Source: Mobula hypostoma (taxonomy: Eukaryota). From it: a stretch of 64,000 nucleotides of DNA. The position numbers and the translations under genes are program-made. The stretch covers positions 117,304,001-117,368,000 of the forward strand of contig NC_086103.1 of NCBI RefSeq assembly GCF_963921235.1, given 5' to 3'. The notes beneath the pieces are model-generated. The model was not told the DNA's origin. It worked only from the letters and a program-made list of their open reading frames with translations, and did no database searches. Below, in pieces: positions 51,405 to 64,000 of the stretch (within the stretch, counting starts at the first letter, position 1; each line of letters begins with the position of its first letter).

Positions 51405-54400
51405 TCAGAATCAGAAGCAGGTTTAATATCACAGGAAAATTTGGTGTTTTGTGGCAGCAGTACATTGCAATACTTATAATAAATAAATAAATATATATAA
51501 AACACAGACACAGACACACACACACACACACACACACGGTATATACGGATATATAAAGTTAAGTAGTGTAAAAAGAGAGGAATAAAATACTGAGGAAGTG
51601 TTCAATCACAAGCTCGAGAAAATCTGTAGATACTGGAAGTCCAAGCAACACACAAAACGCTACTTTCTCGGGTCTCACAAATGTAGAGGAGACTGCAACA
51701 GGAGCACCGAATGCAATAGCAAACCGAAACAGATTCACAGGTGAAATGTTAGCCACCTGGAAGGACAGTTTGGGCCTTAAATGGAAGTGAGGGAGGAGTT
51801 GAATGGGCAGGTGTAGCACTTCTTCCACTTGCTGGGATAAATGCCAGGAGGGAGAATAGTGGGGAGGAATAAATGGACGAGGGATTCACGGAGGGAGCTA
51901 CCTCTGCAAAAAGTAGGGACCCAGCAGGCGAGGCAGCATTTAAGGAACAGAGTAAACAATTGACGTTTCGGACTGAGACCCTTTATCAGGACTGAAGAAA
52001 AAGGATGAGAAGTCAGAGTAAGAAGGTGGAGGGAGGAGAGAAAGAGTACTAGGTGGTAGGTGAAACTGGGGGGCGGGGGAGGAGTGGTGAAGTAAAGAGC
52101 TGGGAAGTTGACTGGTGAGAGAGATAAAGGGCTGGAGAAGGGGGATTCTGATAGGAGAGGGTAGAAGACCATGGAAAAAAGGGAGGGAGAGGAGCACCAG
52201 AGGGAGGTGATGGGCAGGTAAGGAGATAAGGTGAGAGAGGGAAACAGGAATGGGAAATGGTAAAGGAGAGGGTGGGGGAGGGGCAATTACTAGAAGTCCA
52301 AACTCAATGTTCATGCCATCAGGTCGGAGGCTTCCCAGATGGAATAGAAGGTGCTGCTCCTCCAACTTGAGTGTGGTCCCATTGTGGCAGTAGAGGAGGC
52401 CATGGACTGACATGTCAGAATGGGAATGGGAAGTGGAGTTAAAATGGGTGGCCACTGGGAGATCCCGCTTTTTCTGGTAGGTACTTGGCAAAGTGGCCTC
52501 CTAATCTATGTCGGCTCTCACCAATATACAGGGTGCCAGACCAGGAGCACCAGATACAGTAGATGACCCCAGTGGACTCACAGGTAAAATGTTGCCTCCC
52601 CTGGAAGGACTGTTTGGGGTCATGTATGGTAGTGAGGGAGGAGGTATAGCATTTGTTCCATTTGCAAGGATAAGTGCCAGGAGGGAGATCAGTGGGGAGG
52701 GATGAATGGACAAGGACGTCCTTAAGGGAGTACTCCCTGTGGAAAGCACAGAGTGTTGGGGGGGGGGGGGGGAAAGATGTGCTTGATGGTGGGATCACAT
52801 TGGAGACTGCGGAAGTTACAGAGAATTATGTGCTGGACGTGGAGGCTGGTGGGGTGGTAGGTGAGGACAAGCGAAACACTATTCCTGGTGGGATGGCAGA
52901 AGGATTGTGTGAGGGCAGGCGCGCATGAAAAGAAAGAGATGTGGTTGAGGGCAGCATTGATGGTGGAGGAAGGGAAGCCCCTTTCTTCAAAGAAGGAGGA
53001 CATCTCCTTAGTCTGGAATGAAAAGCCTCATCCTGAGAGCAGATGCAGTGGAGATGGTGGAATTGAGAGAAGGGGATGGCATTTTTACAATTAACAGGGT
53101 TGGAAGAGGTATAGTCCAGGTAGCTGTGAAAGTCAGTGGGTTTATAATAGACATCAGTAGATAAGCTGTCTCCAGAGATAGAGATCGAGAAAGAGGAGCA
53201 GGTGTCGGAAATGGACCAGGTAAATTTTAGGGCAGGGTGGAAATTGGAGTCAAAGCTAAAGTCATTGAGCTCTGCATGGGTGCAGGAAGCAGCGCCAATG
53301 CAGTCATTGATGTAGCTTAGGAGAAGTTGGGGCGTGATAACTGTGTAAGCTTAGAACATAGACTGTTCCACATAGCCGACAAAAAGGCAGGCATAGCTGG
53401 GACCCATATGAGTGCCCATGGCTACACGTTTTGTTTGAAGGAAGTGGGAGGAGCCGAAAGAGAAATTATTAAGAATGAGGACCGGATCTATCAAATGGAG
53501 GAGAGTGGTGGTGGTGGGAACTGATTGGGCCTGTTGTCCAGAAAGGAATGGAGAGCTTTGAGGTCTTCCTGGTGGGGGATGGAGGTGTATAGGGACTGGA
53601 CATCAATAGTGATAATGAGACGATCAGGGCCAAGGAACTCAAAATCATTGAAAAGATCAAGAGCGTGTGAAGTGTCACAGATGTAGGTAGGAAGGGACTG
53701 AATCCGGGGGATAAAACAGAGTTGAGGTATGCTGCAATGGGGCCACACTCAGGTTGAAGGAGCAACACCTTATATTCTGTATGGGTCACCTCCAACCTCA
53801 TGGCATGAACATCGATTTCTCGAACTTCCAGTAATTGTCCCTCCCACCCCCCACCACCTCCTTCACCATTCCTCATTCCCATTTCCATTTCTCACTTTAT
53901 CCCTCACCCTGCCCATCGCCTCTCTCTGGTGTCTCCTCCTTCCCTCTCTTCCATGGCCTTTTGTCCTCTTCTATCAGATTCTCCCTTCTCCAGCGCTTTA
54001 TCTCTTTCACCAATCGATTTCCCAGCTCTTTACTTCACTCCTCCCCCTCCCAGTTTCACCTATCACCTACTACATTGTATTTCTTACTCCCTTCCCCCCA
54101 CTTGCTTACTCTGACTTCTCATTTTTCCTTCCAGTCCTGATGAAGGGTCTTGGCCCGAAATGTCGACTGTTTACTCTTTTCCATAAATGCTGCCTGACCT
54201 GCTGAGTTCCTCCAGCATTGTGTGTGTGTTGCTGAGGAAGTGTTCATGGCTTTGTTGTCCATTCAGAAATCTGGTGGCGGAGGGGAAGAAGCTGTTTTTG
54301 AAACATTAGGTGCGTGTCTTCAGGTGCCAGTACCTTCTCATTGATGGTAGCAATGAGAAGAGGGCATGTCCTGGGTTGCAGGTGTCCTGAGTGATGGATG

Positions 54401-55640
54401 CCACCTTACTGAGGCATTGTCTTTTGAAGGGGTCCTGCATGCTGCCACCCATGATGGAGCTGGTTGAGTTTGCAGTTTTGTCCAATCCTGTGCAGTGGCC
54501 CCTCCATACCAGACGGTGATGTGACCAGTTAGAATATTCCCCTTGGTACATCTAAAGAAATTTGCGAGTATCTTTGGTGATGTACCACTTCTCCTCAAAC
54601 ATTTAATGAAATTTAGCTGCTGTCATGTCTGCTTTGTAATTGCATCAATATGTTGGGGCCAGGTTAGCTCCTCAGACGTTGACACCCAGGAACCTGAAAC
54701 TGCTCACCCTTTCCACTTCTGATCACTTGCTGAGGACTGGTGTGAGTTCCCTTGAGTTTTCCTTTCTGAGGTCCACAATCAATTCTTTGGTCTGCCATTG
54801 AGTGCAAGATTGTCATTGTGACACCACTCAACCAGCTGATCTATCTTTCTCCTGTACGCCTGGTCACCATCTGAAATTCTGCCAACAATAGTTGTATCGT
54901 TAACAAATTTCCAGATGGCATTTGAGCTGCGCCTGGCCACACCATTGTGGATGTAGAGAGAGTAGAGCAGTGGGCTAAGCACCCATCCTTGAGGTGCGCC
55001 AGTGTTGACTGTCAGTCAGGAGGAGATGTTATTTCCAACTTGCACAGACTGTGGTCTCCTGGTGAGGAAGTCAAGGATCCAGTTGAAGAGGGAGATACAG
55101 AAGCACAGGCTTTGGAGCTTGTTATTAGAACTGAGGGTATGATTGTGTTGAATGCTGAGCTGTAGTCAATAAACAGCAGCCTGATGTAGATATTACCACT
55201 GTCCAGGTGATCCCAGGCTGAGCAGAGAGCCAGTGAGATGGCATCCACTGTAGACCTATTGTGGTGGTAGGTAAATTGCTGCAGGTCCAGCTGCTTGATT
55301 CTAGGTAGGAGTTGATTCTAGCACTTCCTCACAGTAGATGTGAATGTCACCGAGCGCTAGTCATTGAGGCAGCTCGCTCTGCTCTTCCCGAGCACCGGTA
55401 TGAAAGTCACACTTTTGAAGCAGGTGGGAACATCCAATGGCAGAAGGGAGAGACCTAACGTGTCCTTGAACAATCCCACCAGTTGGTTGGCACAGGTTTT
55501 CAGGTACACCATGTCCTGATGTGTTGTGAGGGTTTACCCTAGTGAAAGATGTTCTGAAGATCCCCACTGAGACAGAGACTAGAGTCACCGGATGCTGCAG
55601 GGATTCACCCAGATGTAGTTTTATTCTTCCCTTCAAAACA
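51405..55640 (-). mobile_element. Rex1/Babar LINE (3' tail at 51405; body 54232-55640), interrupted by a Penelope composite
   Basis: [33 protein letters not shown]; (CA)n at ~51503-51537. Confidence 0.8.
51605..54231. mobile_element. Penelope-like composite insertion (minus-strand RT-GIY-YIG-3' UTR plus inverted 3' copy at 53725-54231)
   Basis: 15-bp TSD CTGAGGAAGTGTTCA (51590-51604 and 54232-54246); DVQSLYTSIPH motif; hammerheads at ~51958-51993 (mutated) and 54133-54168. Confidence 0.88.
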
Positions 55641-55660
55641 GTTCTCCCAGGAGTGGGGAG

Positions 55661-56330
55661 AAGATGGCGGCGGGACGACAGCGCGCGTGGCCACTTCGGT
55701 GATGAATATCTGTTATTTGTCAAGTAGGGGATCGTGCACAATTCTGATTTGATGGAGACAGACGTGAGAGCACAGCGGAACATCTGGAAAACTTCTGAAA
55801 TGACTGCTTTGCCACCGCTGTTACTGTGTGGTAACCGGAATCTCCAGAGCTGAAGGCCTCGAAATCCTCAGCTTTGCGTGTTTCAGTGGCCAGGGTGAGG
55901 TCGAAGGCGCTCGGCAGAGGATGGCGCACGGGAGGCTGTATCAGAGAGGCTGCTCGGAGTTTTCAGACGAATGGGCCCAGGGTCGGCTGGGGTCGGCTGC
56001 TTCCAAGGTATCGGCAAGTTGACGGTGCCTGGGGGTTTATGGCAGGTAGCTTCTCCCTTTTGCCGCCTGCTATCGGGGACTCAGGAGTCCATCGACTCAG
56101 GACTTTGAGAACTTTTTTTTACTGTGCCTATGGTCTGTTCTTTATCAAATTATGGTATTGCTTTGCACTGCTGTAACTATATGTTATAATTATGCGGTTT
56201 TGTCAGTGTTAGTCTTTGGCCTGTCTTGTGTTCTGTGATATCACTCTGGAGAAACATTGTATCATTTCTTAATGCATGTATGCATTTCTAAATGACAATA
56301 AAAGAGGACTGAGTGTTCTCTTAATCTAAA
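55661..56330 (+). mobile_element. GC-rich non-coding retro-insert with AAGATGGCGGCG head and Rex-like tail
   Basis: CpG-rich body inserted in the Rex1 copy; ends aaatgacaataaaagaggactg...taatctaa. Confidence 0.6.
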
Positions 56331-56414
56331 AGGCTTTGAGCTCATCTGTGAGTGAAGCTTCACTGCTATTCATGATGTTAGGTTTCACTTTGTAGGAAAT
56401 GATAGCCTCCATCC

Positions 56415-56735
56415 ATTTCTTCCATGGTCCACTCTCCTCTACTATCAAATTCCTTTGTCTCTAGCCCTTTACCTTTTCTACCTATCATCTCCCAGCATCT
56501 TACTTCACCCCCCCCCCCCCGGATTCATCTACCACCTTCTAGCTTGTATTCCTTCCCCTCCCCTCCCCCGCTTTCTTATTCTGGCTTCTTCCCCCTTCCT
56601 TTCCAGTCCTGAAGAAGGGTCTCAGCCCGAAACATCGACTGTTTATTCATTTCCATAGATGCTGCCTGACCTGCTGAGTTCCTCCAAAATTTTGTGCGTG
56701 TCGCTTCAGATATCCAGCATCTGCAGAATCTCTTA
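56415..56735 (+). mobile_element. Penelope-like 3' UTR with hammerhead-like motif (56605-56640)
   Basis: AGTC-CTGAAGA-AGGGTCTCAGCCC-GAAA-CA-TC-GACT and the typical tail. Confidence 0.8.
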
Positions 56736-56811
56736 TGAAAAGTGTCATTTCTACCTGGCTGTTCTTTGGTCAATAAATATATCCAAATACCTGCGGCCTT
56801 TGCTTCCTTAC

Positions 56812-56983
56812 CTCATGCTGTTTTGAATCAAGGCATGTGCGTACATTGACCAATTCTAGCTCACGCATTTCAAGCTGAGTCTCAAGACTTTGCGACTGTT
56901 GTTCCCATTCAATTTTTTTCCGGTTCACCATGACATTGATTTGATGCAATAGTTCCTGGAGCTCTTCTTCACAAGAGGATCCC
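56812..56983 (-). CDS. DEUP1: DEUP1-like coding exon (172 nt, phase 2 to 0): GSSCEEELQELLHQINVMVNRKKIEWEQQSQSLETQLEMRELELVNVRTCLDSKQHE
   Basis: CEP63/DEUP1 N-terminal motif CExELQELxxQIxxMV; TCLD favours DEUP1; acceptor atcAG, donor GTAAGG. Confidence 0.92.
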
Positions 56984-58245
56984 CTGATATTGTGGTGAAA
57001 GCAATAAAAAATACTTTCACATTTTAATAAAATTAAAAATGAAAAAATACATAATGTGTGCTGCACTCATACTTTAATTTGATATTTTCAGCTCTAAAAG
57101 AAATCTATTTAATAGATCCTGACTATCTTCCTGAGCTTTTCCAGTGATATAAGGTAAAGCATGCTAAAGAGATAGACCGAGTACATATAATAATTTCACC
57201 AATATTTCTAATGGAAGTCGCTGCCTCTGATTAATTTTGGATTGATGTGAACCAGATCAAGACATAAAAATATTCCTATAGATTTGGTATGCAATTTTCA
57301 GAAGCCTTTTTGAATTTGAACAAATTGACAAACAAAGCAGCAAATCCCAATGTTCCGACAGTGGTCAAGTTCATAATACTTTTGTTTGAAACTGAAGATT
57401 GAAGTTCCCACACTATAGGCTTTGATAATAACGTCAAAACTGATAATCCCATGTAAAACTATTAGAACAATGTACTAACAGTAGGACTAACTTTTCAAAA
57501 AGTGATTAAGTAGATGGCCTGCCTTCTCAGGGAAAAGTGTAAGAAAATCCAAACGAACACAGATACTGGAATAAAAGAAGAAGATGCTGGAAACACTCAG
57601 CAGGTCAGGGAGGCCACAGTGAATGATTCCTAAACTTAGCTACCGATAACACTGGCTTTTACAGATATTTCCTTTGCTCTATTGGAAATGATTTGTATTG
57701 GGTCATCTAGTTAGATGAGCTAGCAGAGGCAGTTGTCAATGTTAGCATTCGTTAACTTTCCATTAATCTAATTGACTAGAGAACCCATACAATTTATCCC
57801 CAAGGCTATGTTGGCCTCATCCAAACACAGGTACTGAGTCTTCCCTGCCCATCCCTCACAGCACTTTTTCTGCAATTTAATAATATATATTCTTTTCATC
57901 TCTCCAGTTCTGAAGAAGGGAGCCTGAACTGAAGCATTGACTTGGTTTCTCTTTCCCCAGATGCAGCCTGAGCTATGGTGGAAGAGCTTGAAAGGCCCTG
58001 CATATGAGCTACGAAATGGACTCTCAGCGGGTGACTGCACAGGACCGTGGTGGAAATGATAGCGTGGTCCAGGGTGCAGACAACTGGCAATCTCAGCACT
58101 ACAGACTGCCTGTCCCTCTGTGTTTTCATGGCTATAAAGTTTTCCATAAAAGTAGATTTGATTGAGATTATTGCATAATACCACACTTTTTGGTTTTCAT
58201 TTTACTCAGAATATAAAACAAAGAACATAAAGCAAAGAACCTTAC

Positions 58246-58289
58246 TGTAATTGACCATTCTTCTCTAACCCGTTTGTTACTGCCTCCAT
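58246..58289 (-). CDS. DEUP1: DEUP1-like first coding exon (44 coding nt): MEAVTNGLEKNGQL(Q); exon starts at 58302
   Basis: Acceptor ttattttgtAG, GAAATGG start context, donor GTAAGG; phase 2 joins the 172-nt exon in frame. Confidence 0.8.
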
Positions 58290-59534
58290 TTCAGTGGTTT
58301 ATCTACAAAATAAAGGAACGTAGTTGGATCAATAAAATTGAGCTTCGAAATACTAATCAAGTTTTTGCTGTTACATTTAATGTTTTCTTACCCTTCATTA
58401 AGAATAGGGCCATGGCTAAGTGATTTTGTTTATATTATGCTAGACACTGCAGTTGGGAAATATACAGACTAGGAAGGATCCAAGTGGAATATTTTGTCCA
58501 TTGAAGACCAGGCAGACCTCAGCAAGATTTGATTTCTATAAGAGGTTTCAGGTGTAAATAGTAATGTGAGGGAGCAGATCAACATTTAGTGGTACCATTT
58601 TAGTCAGTCACAGTGGGGATGATGGGGTCATTCCCTCAGATACTTCACTCCAACATTGGCTGTTTCTGCTGCAGTAGCTTCAGGTGAAGGCAGTAGACTG
58701 AGAAGATGAGATTTCTCGTTCCCTCTTCTCAGTCACCAAAGCTTGCCGTGTGACCTTACGTCTTGCAATGCCCTCCCAGAGACCTGAACCCTTTGCCATC
58801 TCTAAGTCATCTATGTCCATTTTTGCAAATTTCTCAAATAAAGTTATTTTTGTAGTAAAGATATGGACATACAACAGACCTTAATCCCTTGGGGAACACA
58901 CCCATAGAGAATATCCAACTGTTATCCATCCAAGAACTTGCCCAATCCATTGCAAACACCACTGGTTCAGTAACAACTGCATGCTGACAGATTCAGCATG
59001 TTTCAGAACCTCTAAGCAAGTGAACTTATCTCGCAAGAACACATTATTGCTACTGATTAATAACCTAGAACATTTTCCAAACTATTCTATAGCTCCAGGA
59101 TAAATAACCTTATTGTCATTCCTTACTTTACCTTCAGAATCATTCTCAGTTGTTGTTTCATGTGCATTATTTTAGATGCAAAAGATTCTCATCTGCACCT
59201 TTGATACACCCAGAATTTACTACTTCAATGCACTTCCCACTAAATCATATTGGTAAATCTCTATTGACAAAGTCATCCAAAACTTTGTTGCTTGTGTTCT
59301 ATCTTGCACTGAATTGCATTTGCCTTATGCTTGCCAATCTACAATGGCTTCCAGTTCAAGAATTCTTAGCCTTGCTTTCTCTGTCATCTCAGTCTCTTCC
59401 AGTCCCAAGGGTTTCCTTGATAGCTGAGTTCCTCAATGTGTCTTTTTGATCATGACTAATTCTATACCACTCCGCTCATTACAGTCATGAAAAAGAATCT
59501 GGTAAATCTCTTTAAAAAGGATAAAAGAAGAATT

Positions 59535-60152
59535 TAAGGAGACCCATCATAAATTGGGGGACTGCTCATCAAGCATCTTCGCTCTATCTACCAAAAGGGG
59601 AACTACCCAGTGGCAAACATTTTAATTCCGATCCCAATTCCCTTTCTGATATGTCGGTGCACGGCCCCCTCTTGGGTCAAGATGATCCCACCCTCAGGGT
59701 GGAGGAACAACATCATGTATTCCATTTGGGTAGCCTCCAAACTGATGACATGAATATTGATTTCTCCTTCCATTAAAATAAAATTTCCCTCCCCCTACCC
59801 TTTTCCTCTATTCACCACTCTGGCCTTTTACCTCTTCTCATCTACCTATCACTCCCCGCTGGGTCCCCTCCTCCTGCCCTTTCTCCTATGGACCACTCTC
59901 CTCTATTAGATTCCTTCTTCTGCAGCCCTCGACCTTTCCACCTGGCTTCACCTGTCACCTTCCAGATAGTTTCCTTTCCCTCCCTCCACATTTTATTCTG
60001 GCATCTTCCTCCTTCCTTTCTGGTCCAGAATGAGGGGTGTCAGCCTGAAACGTCAACTGTTTATTCATTTCCATAGATGACCTGAGCTGAGTTACTCCAG
60101 CATTTTGTATGTGTTGCTCTGGATTTCCAGCATCTGCAGAATTTCTGGTGTG
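59535..60152 (+). mobile_element. Decayed Penelope-like 3' fragment
   Basis: LRVEEQHHVFHLGSLQTDDMNIDFS, 3' UTR and degenerate hammerhead at ~60022-60059. Confidence 0.8.
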
Positions 60153-60274
60153 CATGAAATGTTACTCAAGCTGTCAGAAACCTCTGTATATCACTCTTGA
60201 TTTCTTGTTAAGTTGTAGAAATGTTAACTTTTAGCCTTTGCTTACTAAGAAATGATAGCAATCTACTTTTTTAT

Positions 60275-60562
60275 TTATTTAGAGATTCAGCACAGAACAG
60301 GCCTTTCCAGCCCGGTGAGCCACACTGCCCAGCAACCCACCTAATTAACTCTGGCCTAATCACAGGACAATTTACAATGACCAATTAACCTTTTAACCGG
60401 TATTTTTTTTTAAGAATGGGAGGAAACCAGAGCACCCAGAGGAAATCCTATCTCTCACAGGAAGAACTTACAAACTTTCTTACAGAGGACATCAGAATTG
60501 AACTCAGCTTCGATGCCCCAAGCTGTATTAGCATTACACTAACCGCTACGCTACAGTGGCAC
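60275..60562 (-). mobile_element. tRNA-derived SINE whose 5' tip is the hAT target site
   Basis: Minus strand GTAGCGTAGCGGTTAG (A-box-like) and GAGTTCAATTC (B-box-like). Confidence 0.7.
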
Positions 60563-62735
60563 CAGGGGCAACGCTAAGGTGGTGATAGCTGGTGCTATAG
60601 CCCCAGGAGAAATTGCAATAGCACCAGCGTAGAACAACCAAGAAATTAACTGAAATTTCACATACAAATTGCAGCTGCTTTGCTTTCTCTGTATAGTTTT
60701 GACTACAGCTTGTTTCTCCAGTTGATCTAGTGAAACAGCGCCCCCAGTTACCATAGCACCCACGCAGCAATAAAGTTATAAACTCTGTCAGATCCACTCT
60801 ACACTTCTGCTTATTCGTTTGTTGTCAATGTCTCGCCGCTGCTGTCCTCAGATCAGTTAAGCTGATCTAAGATCACTTAAGGTGGTGATGTAACTCACTC
60901 TCACTCACACGTTGATAGTATACATCCAGGCGCAGAACCGTGGTCTCGCAACACTAACAGATGCCCCCCCCCCCCACACGTGCACATTGTGCTTTTACAA
61001 GCTAGCGTGGGCCTGGCACGTGCATTATTTTGGCCGGTGTGAAAAATGGATCGATTTTTAGTGAGAAAACGACCTCATCCAGAGGTATCAGTAGTGTCTC
61101 AGCCTGAGCCTGTCTTAATTGAAAGTGACATGCAGAAAGAAGTAAGTGGGGATGAGGACGACTGCAGTTCATTGAAGGAGTGTGAGGGCGAAGTAGAGGA
61201 ACAAGAAATGGAGCAGGATTTGGAAGAGAACGTGGATGAAGCTGTTCTTAGTGCTACTGGGAATACTGTTAGCGATGTTAGCCAGCAGCCTGAGGAAGAA
61301 CCCTGTCGGCCAGCATTGAAAAAGTACCCTTCACTGCTTGCAACAGTTTGGCAATCAGCAAAGGAGTTTTATTCGTGGCTGGTTTGACTGACTGGAATAC
61401 CTGATCATGAAAGATGCTATGTTCTGCTTCGCGTGCAGGCATTTCCTGTGTGGAGGACATGGGTTCCATTCTGAGTTTACCTTCACTGTCACCGGTTACC
61501 GCAACTGGTGGAAAGCTACAACAGCTTTCAAAACCCACCATGTAAGTGCAGCTCAGAAGTTTGCTATGGAGGCACGGGCCAAATTCAGATTGAGAAAACA
61601 AGACAGTCCAAGATTGGGAAATATGCTCGACAAAGAACTTGCAAAGATTGTCCAAGAAAATCGTGTGTATATGAGGGCTGTGGTTGAGTCTCTAGCAAGG
61701 ACAGACATTGAATGACACAGTGCAATTTCTAGCTCCGATGAGACCCTACCACGATGCATTTATAGATTTATACAAACAAATCTGCATATCACTGACTCTG
61801 CCTGTGACATCTGCCTCATGCCAACAGAGTTTCTCTTGCCTCAGACATCTCAAAAACTACCTAAGAAATAGCAGCGGCGATGCTCGGAACAGCAACTTGA
61901 CCCTGTTGGCCATAAACAGCCAGAAGGCCAAAGCACTTGACATCCAGAAAATCATTGATGCTTTCACCACCAATCACAACAACAGACGGATTGTGCTTCT
62001 CTGAAAACATCCATGGTGAGTGCAGTTGAGTTTTTTTAAAAATTTGGGCCAAGGCTAATGCTGATTGTTATTATTATTACTTTGTGGTGGATATCTCATA
62101 GTCCTTACGTTTCCTGCAAATCCTAAACTATTACATTTTCTGTTACTAAGCCTACTGATTTTGCTTAGTCTTCCAAGCGGTGATTCTGTTGATTTTTGTT
62201 TTAAATTCAGTAGCCGAATTAATTGAGGTATTGCATGGTCAGAATACGATTTGTCCAACTCCTGGTAAAGCCTTGCATCTGTTGTTTGCCTTATTTGACT
62301 TTAATAACGGTGTATCTTTTGGCATTGTCTGTCTACGTAATGCGAATAGCAGTGGACATTGTGGGTTAGTGTTGTGTTTTTCAGTTGAAAAGCACGCATT
62401 TGACGCTGATTGCGGAATTGGTGCGTGATTGACGTTGTACGCTGTGGGTCGGATGCTTTGTTGGTTTGTTTGTTTATGCTCTGTGTAGCCCGGGTTGTCT
62501 CCGATGCTGTTGACACTATCACAGTTCACTTCTATATTACATTTATCAATTGCTGTTGCTTGTGAATCAACAGAGGCATTTATAGTAGGCACATAATGCT
62601 TGAAACTGACTTCTGAACACCACGCATCTGGCCTTGCAAATACATATTACCAGAGGGTACATCCCTCAGCACCATCACTGAATAATTCAGCCCCACTGTA
62701 GCACCAGCAAGAAAAAATCTCTGGCGCCGCCACTG
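60563..62735 (+). mobile_element. Internally deleted hAT transposon (ZMYM1-like/TTF zinc-finger type)
   Basis: 8-bp TSD AGTGGCAC (60555-60562 and 62736-62743); imperfect TIRs CAGGGGCAACGC / CAGTGGCGGCGC; KDAMFCFACRHF and hATC motif LTLPVTSASCQQSFSCLRHLKNYLR. Confidence 0.92.
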
Positions 62736-62744
62736 AGTGGCACC

Positions 62745-64000
62745 CTGTATATCCGGACAGAGTACTGGCTGAGTACTGAGGACCTGTGCTGACCAACTGG
62801 CCGGGATGTTCACGGATATCTTTAACTTCTCGCTCCAGCAATGTGTGCTACCCACCTGCTGCAAGCAGGTTTCAGTCACACCGGTGCCCAAGAAGAGTGT
62901 GGTAACCTGTCTAAGTGACCATCCCCCAGTGGCACTTGCATCCATAGTGATGAAGTGTTTTGAGAGCCTGGTGTTGGAGCACATCAGCTCCTGCCTGAGA
63001 GGTGACTTTTTGCCCACTGAAGCTACAGGTCTACAGCCGATGCCATCTCATTGGCTCTTTACTCAACCCTGGAACATCTGGACAGCAAAGATGCATACAT
63101 CAGGATGCTCTTTATCGACTACAGCTCAGCATTCAATACCATCATCCCCTCAGAGCTAGTCAGTAAACTCTGAGACCTGGGCCTCAATAACCCGATGTGC
63201 AATTGGATCCTGGATTTCCTTACTTATACACCCCAGTCTGTTTGGATTGGCAAAAGCATCTCCTCCACGATCTCCATCAGCACAGGAGCACCACAGGGAT
63301 GTGTGCTTAGCTCCCTGCTCTACTCGTTTCACACCTCTGACTATGTGGCTAAGTACAGCTCCAATGCCCTATACGAGTTTACTGATGACACCACCATTGT
63401 GGGCTGTGTCAAAGGGGGTGTGGAATCAGCATACAGGAGGGAGATTGAAAATTTGGCTGAGTGATATAATAACAACAACTTCTCACTCAGTGTCAGCAAG
63501 ACCAAGGACTGATTGTGTACCTCAGGAGAGGGGAACCAGAGGGTCTGAGTTGGAGAGGGTCAGTTATTTTAAATTCCTGGGTGCCGCTATCTCAGAGGAC
63601 TTGTCCTGGACCCATCATATAAATATTATTGTGAAGAAAGTACGACAGCACCTCTACTTCTTTAGGAGACTGTGGAGATTTGGCATGTTGTAAAAACCTT
63701 GACAAACTACTATAGATGTGTGGTGGAAAGTTATTGACTGGCTGCATGCATGGGAACACCAATGCCATTGAGCAGAAAATCCTACAAAAGGTAATGCATT
63801 CAGCCCAGTACATCAAGGGTAAAGCCCTCCCAACCATTGAGTATATCTACATGCAATGTTGCTGTAGAAAAGCAGCATCCATCATCAAAGATCCTCACCA
63901 CCCAAGCCACGCTCTTTTCTAGCTGCTGCCATCAGGCAGAAGGCTCAACTCCCTCAGGATTCACACCACCAGGTTCAAGATCGGTTACAACCCCTCAGCT
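62745..64000 (+). mobile_element. Rex1/Babar LINE RT and C-terminus, decayed
   Basis: [46 protein letters not shown]. Confidence 0.9.

Noticed and set aside
56770-57066. 98-aa ORF as a standalone gene
   Set aside because: It is the 172-nt exon read through intronic flanks
57768-58186. ORFs of 138 and 96 aa in the first coding intron
   Set aside because: Partly overlap a decayed Penelope tail; no recognisable protein
60480-60560. tRNA-like sequence
   Set aside because: SINE head with no complete cloverleaf

Overview
Eukaryotic, repeat-dense vertebrate genomic DNA. A cartilaginous fish (ray/shark) is inferred from the mix of CR1, Penelope, Rex1, Tx1 and tRNA-SINE repeats; this is not proven. 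The only host gene I can support is a minus-strand DEUP1-like (CEP63 paralog, deuterosome assembly protein) gene. Five coding exons have canonical splice sites and compatible phases (58246-58289, 56812-56983, 42962-43057, 35701-35772, 17283-17428); any later exons were not found and probably lie left of the window. Exons expected in the middle of the protein could not be found, so the gene may be internally shortened or decaying. The introns are a stack of mobile DNA: a full-length but decayed Gypsy element with a PNMA-like gag, a solo LTR, young and old CR1 LINEs, Rex1/Babar, RTE and Tx1 fragments, Penelope-like elements carrying minimal hammerhead ribozymes, a Helitron fossil, an internally deleted hAT element (upstream of the ATG exon), Tc1 MITEs and a 4.5-kb 27-bp minisatellite. 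The most unusual structure is a 3.7-kb Sleeping-Beauty-type element with two 3' ends and about 1.8 kb of non-transposon cargo. Its left tip and target-site half were flipped by a local inversion. All family assignments come from motif recognition and memory, not database searches.
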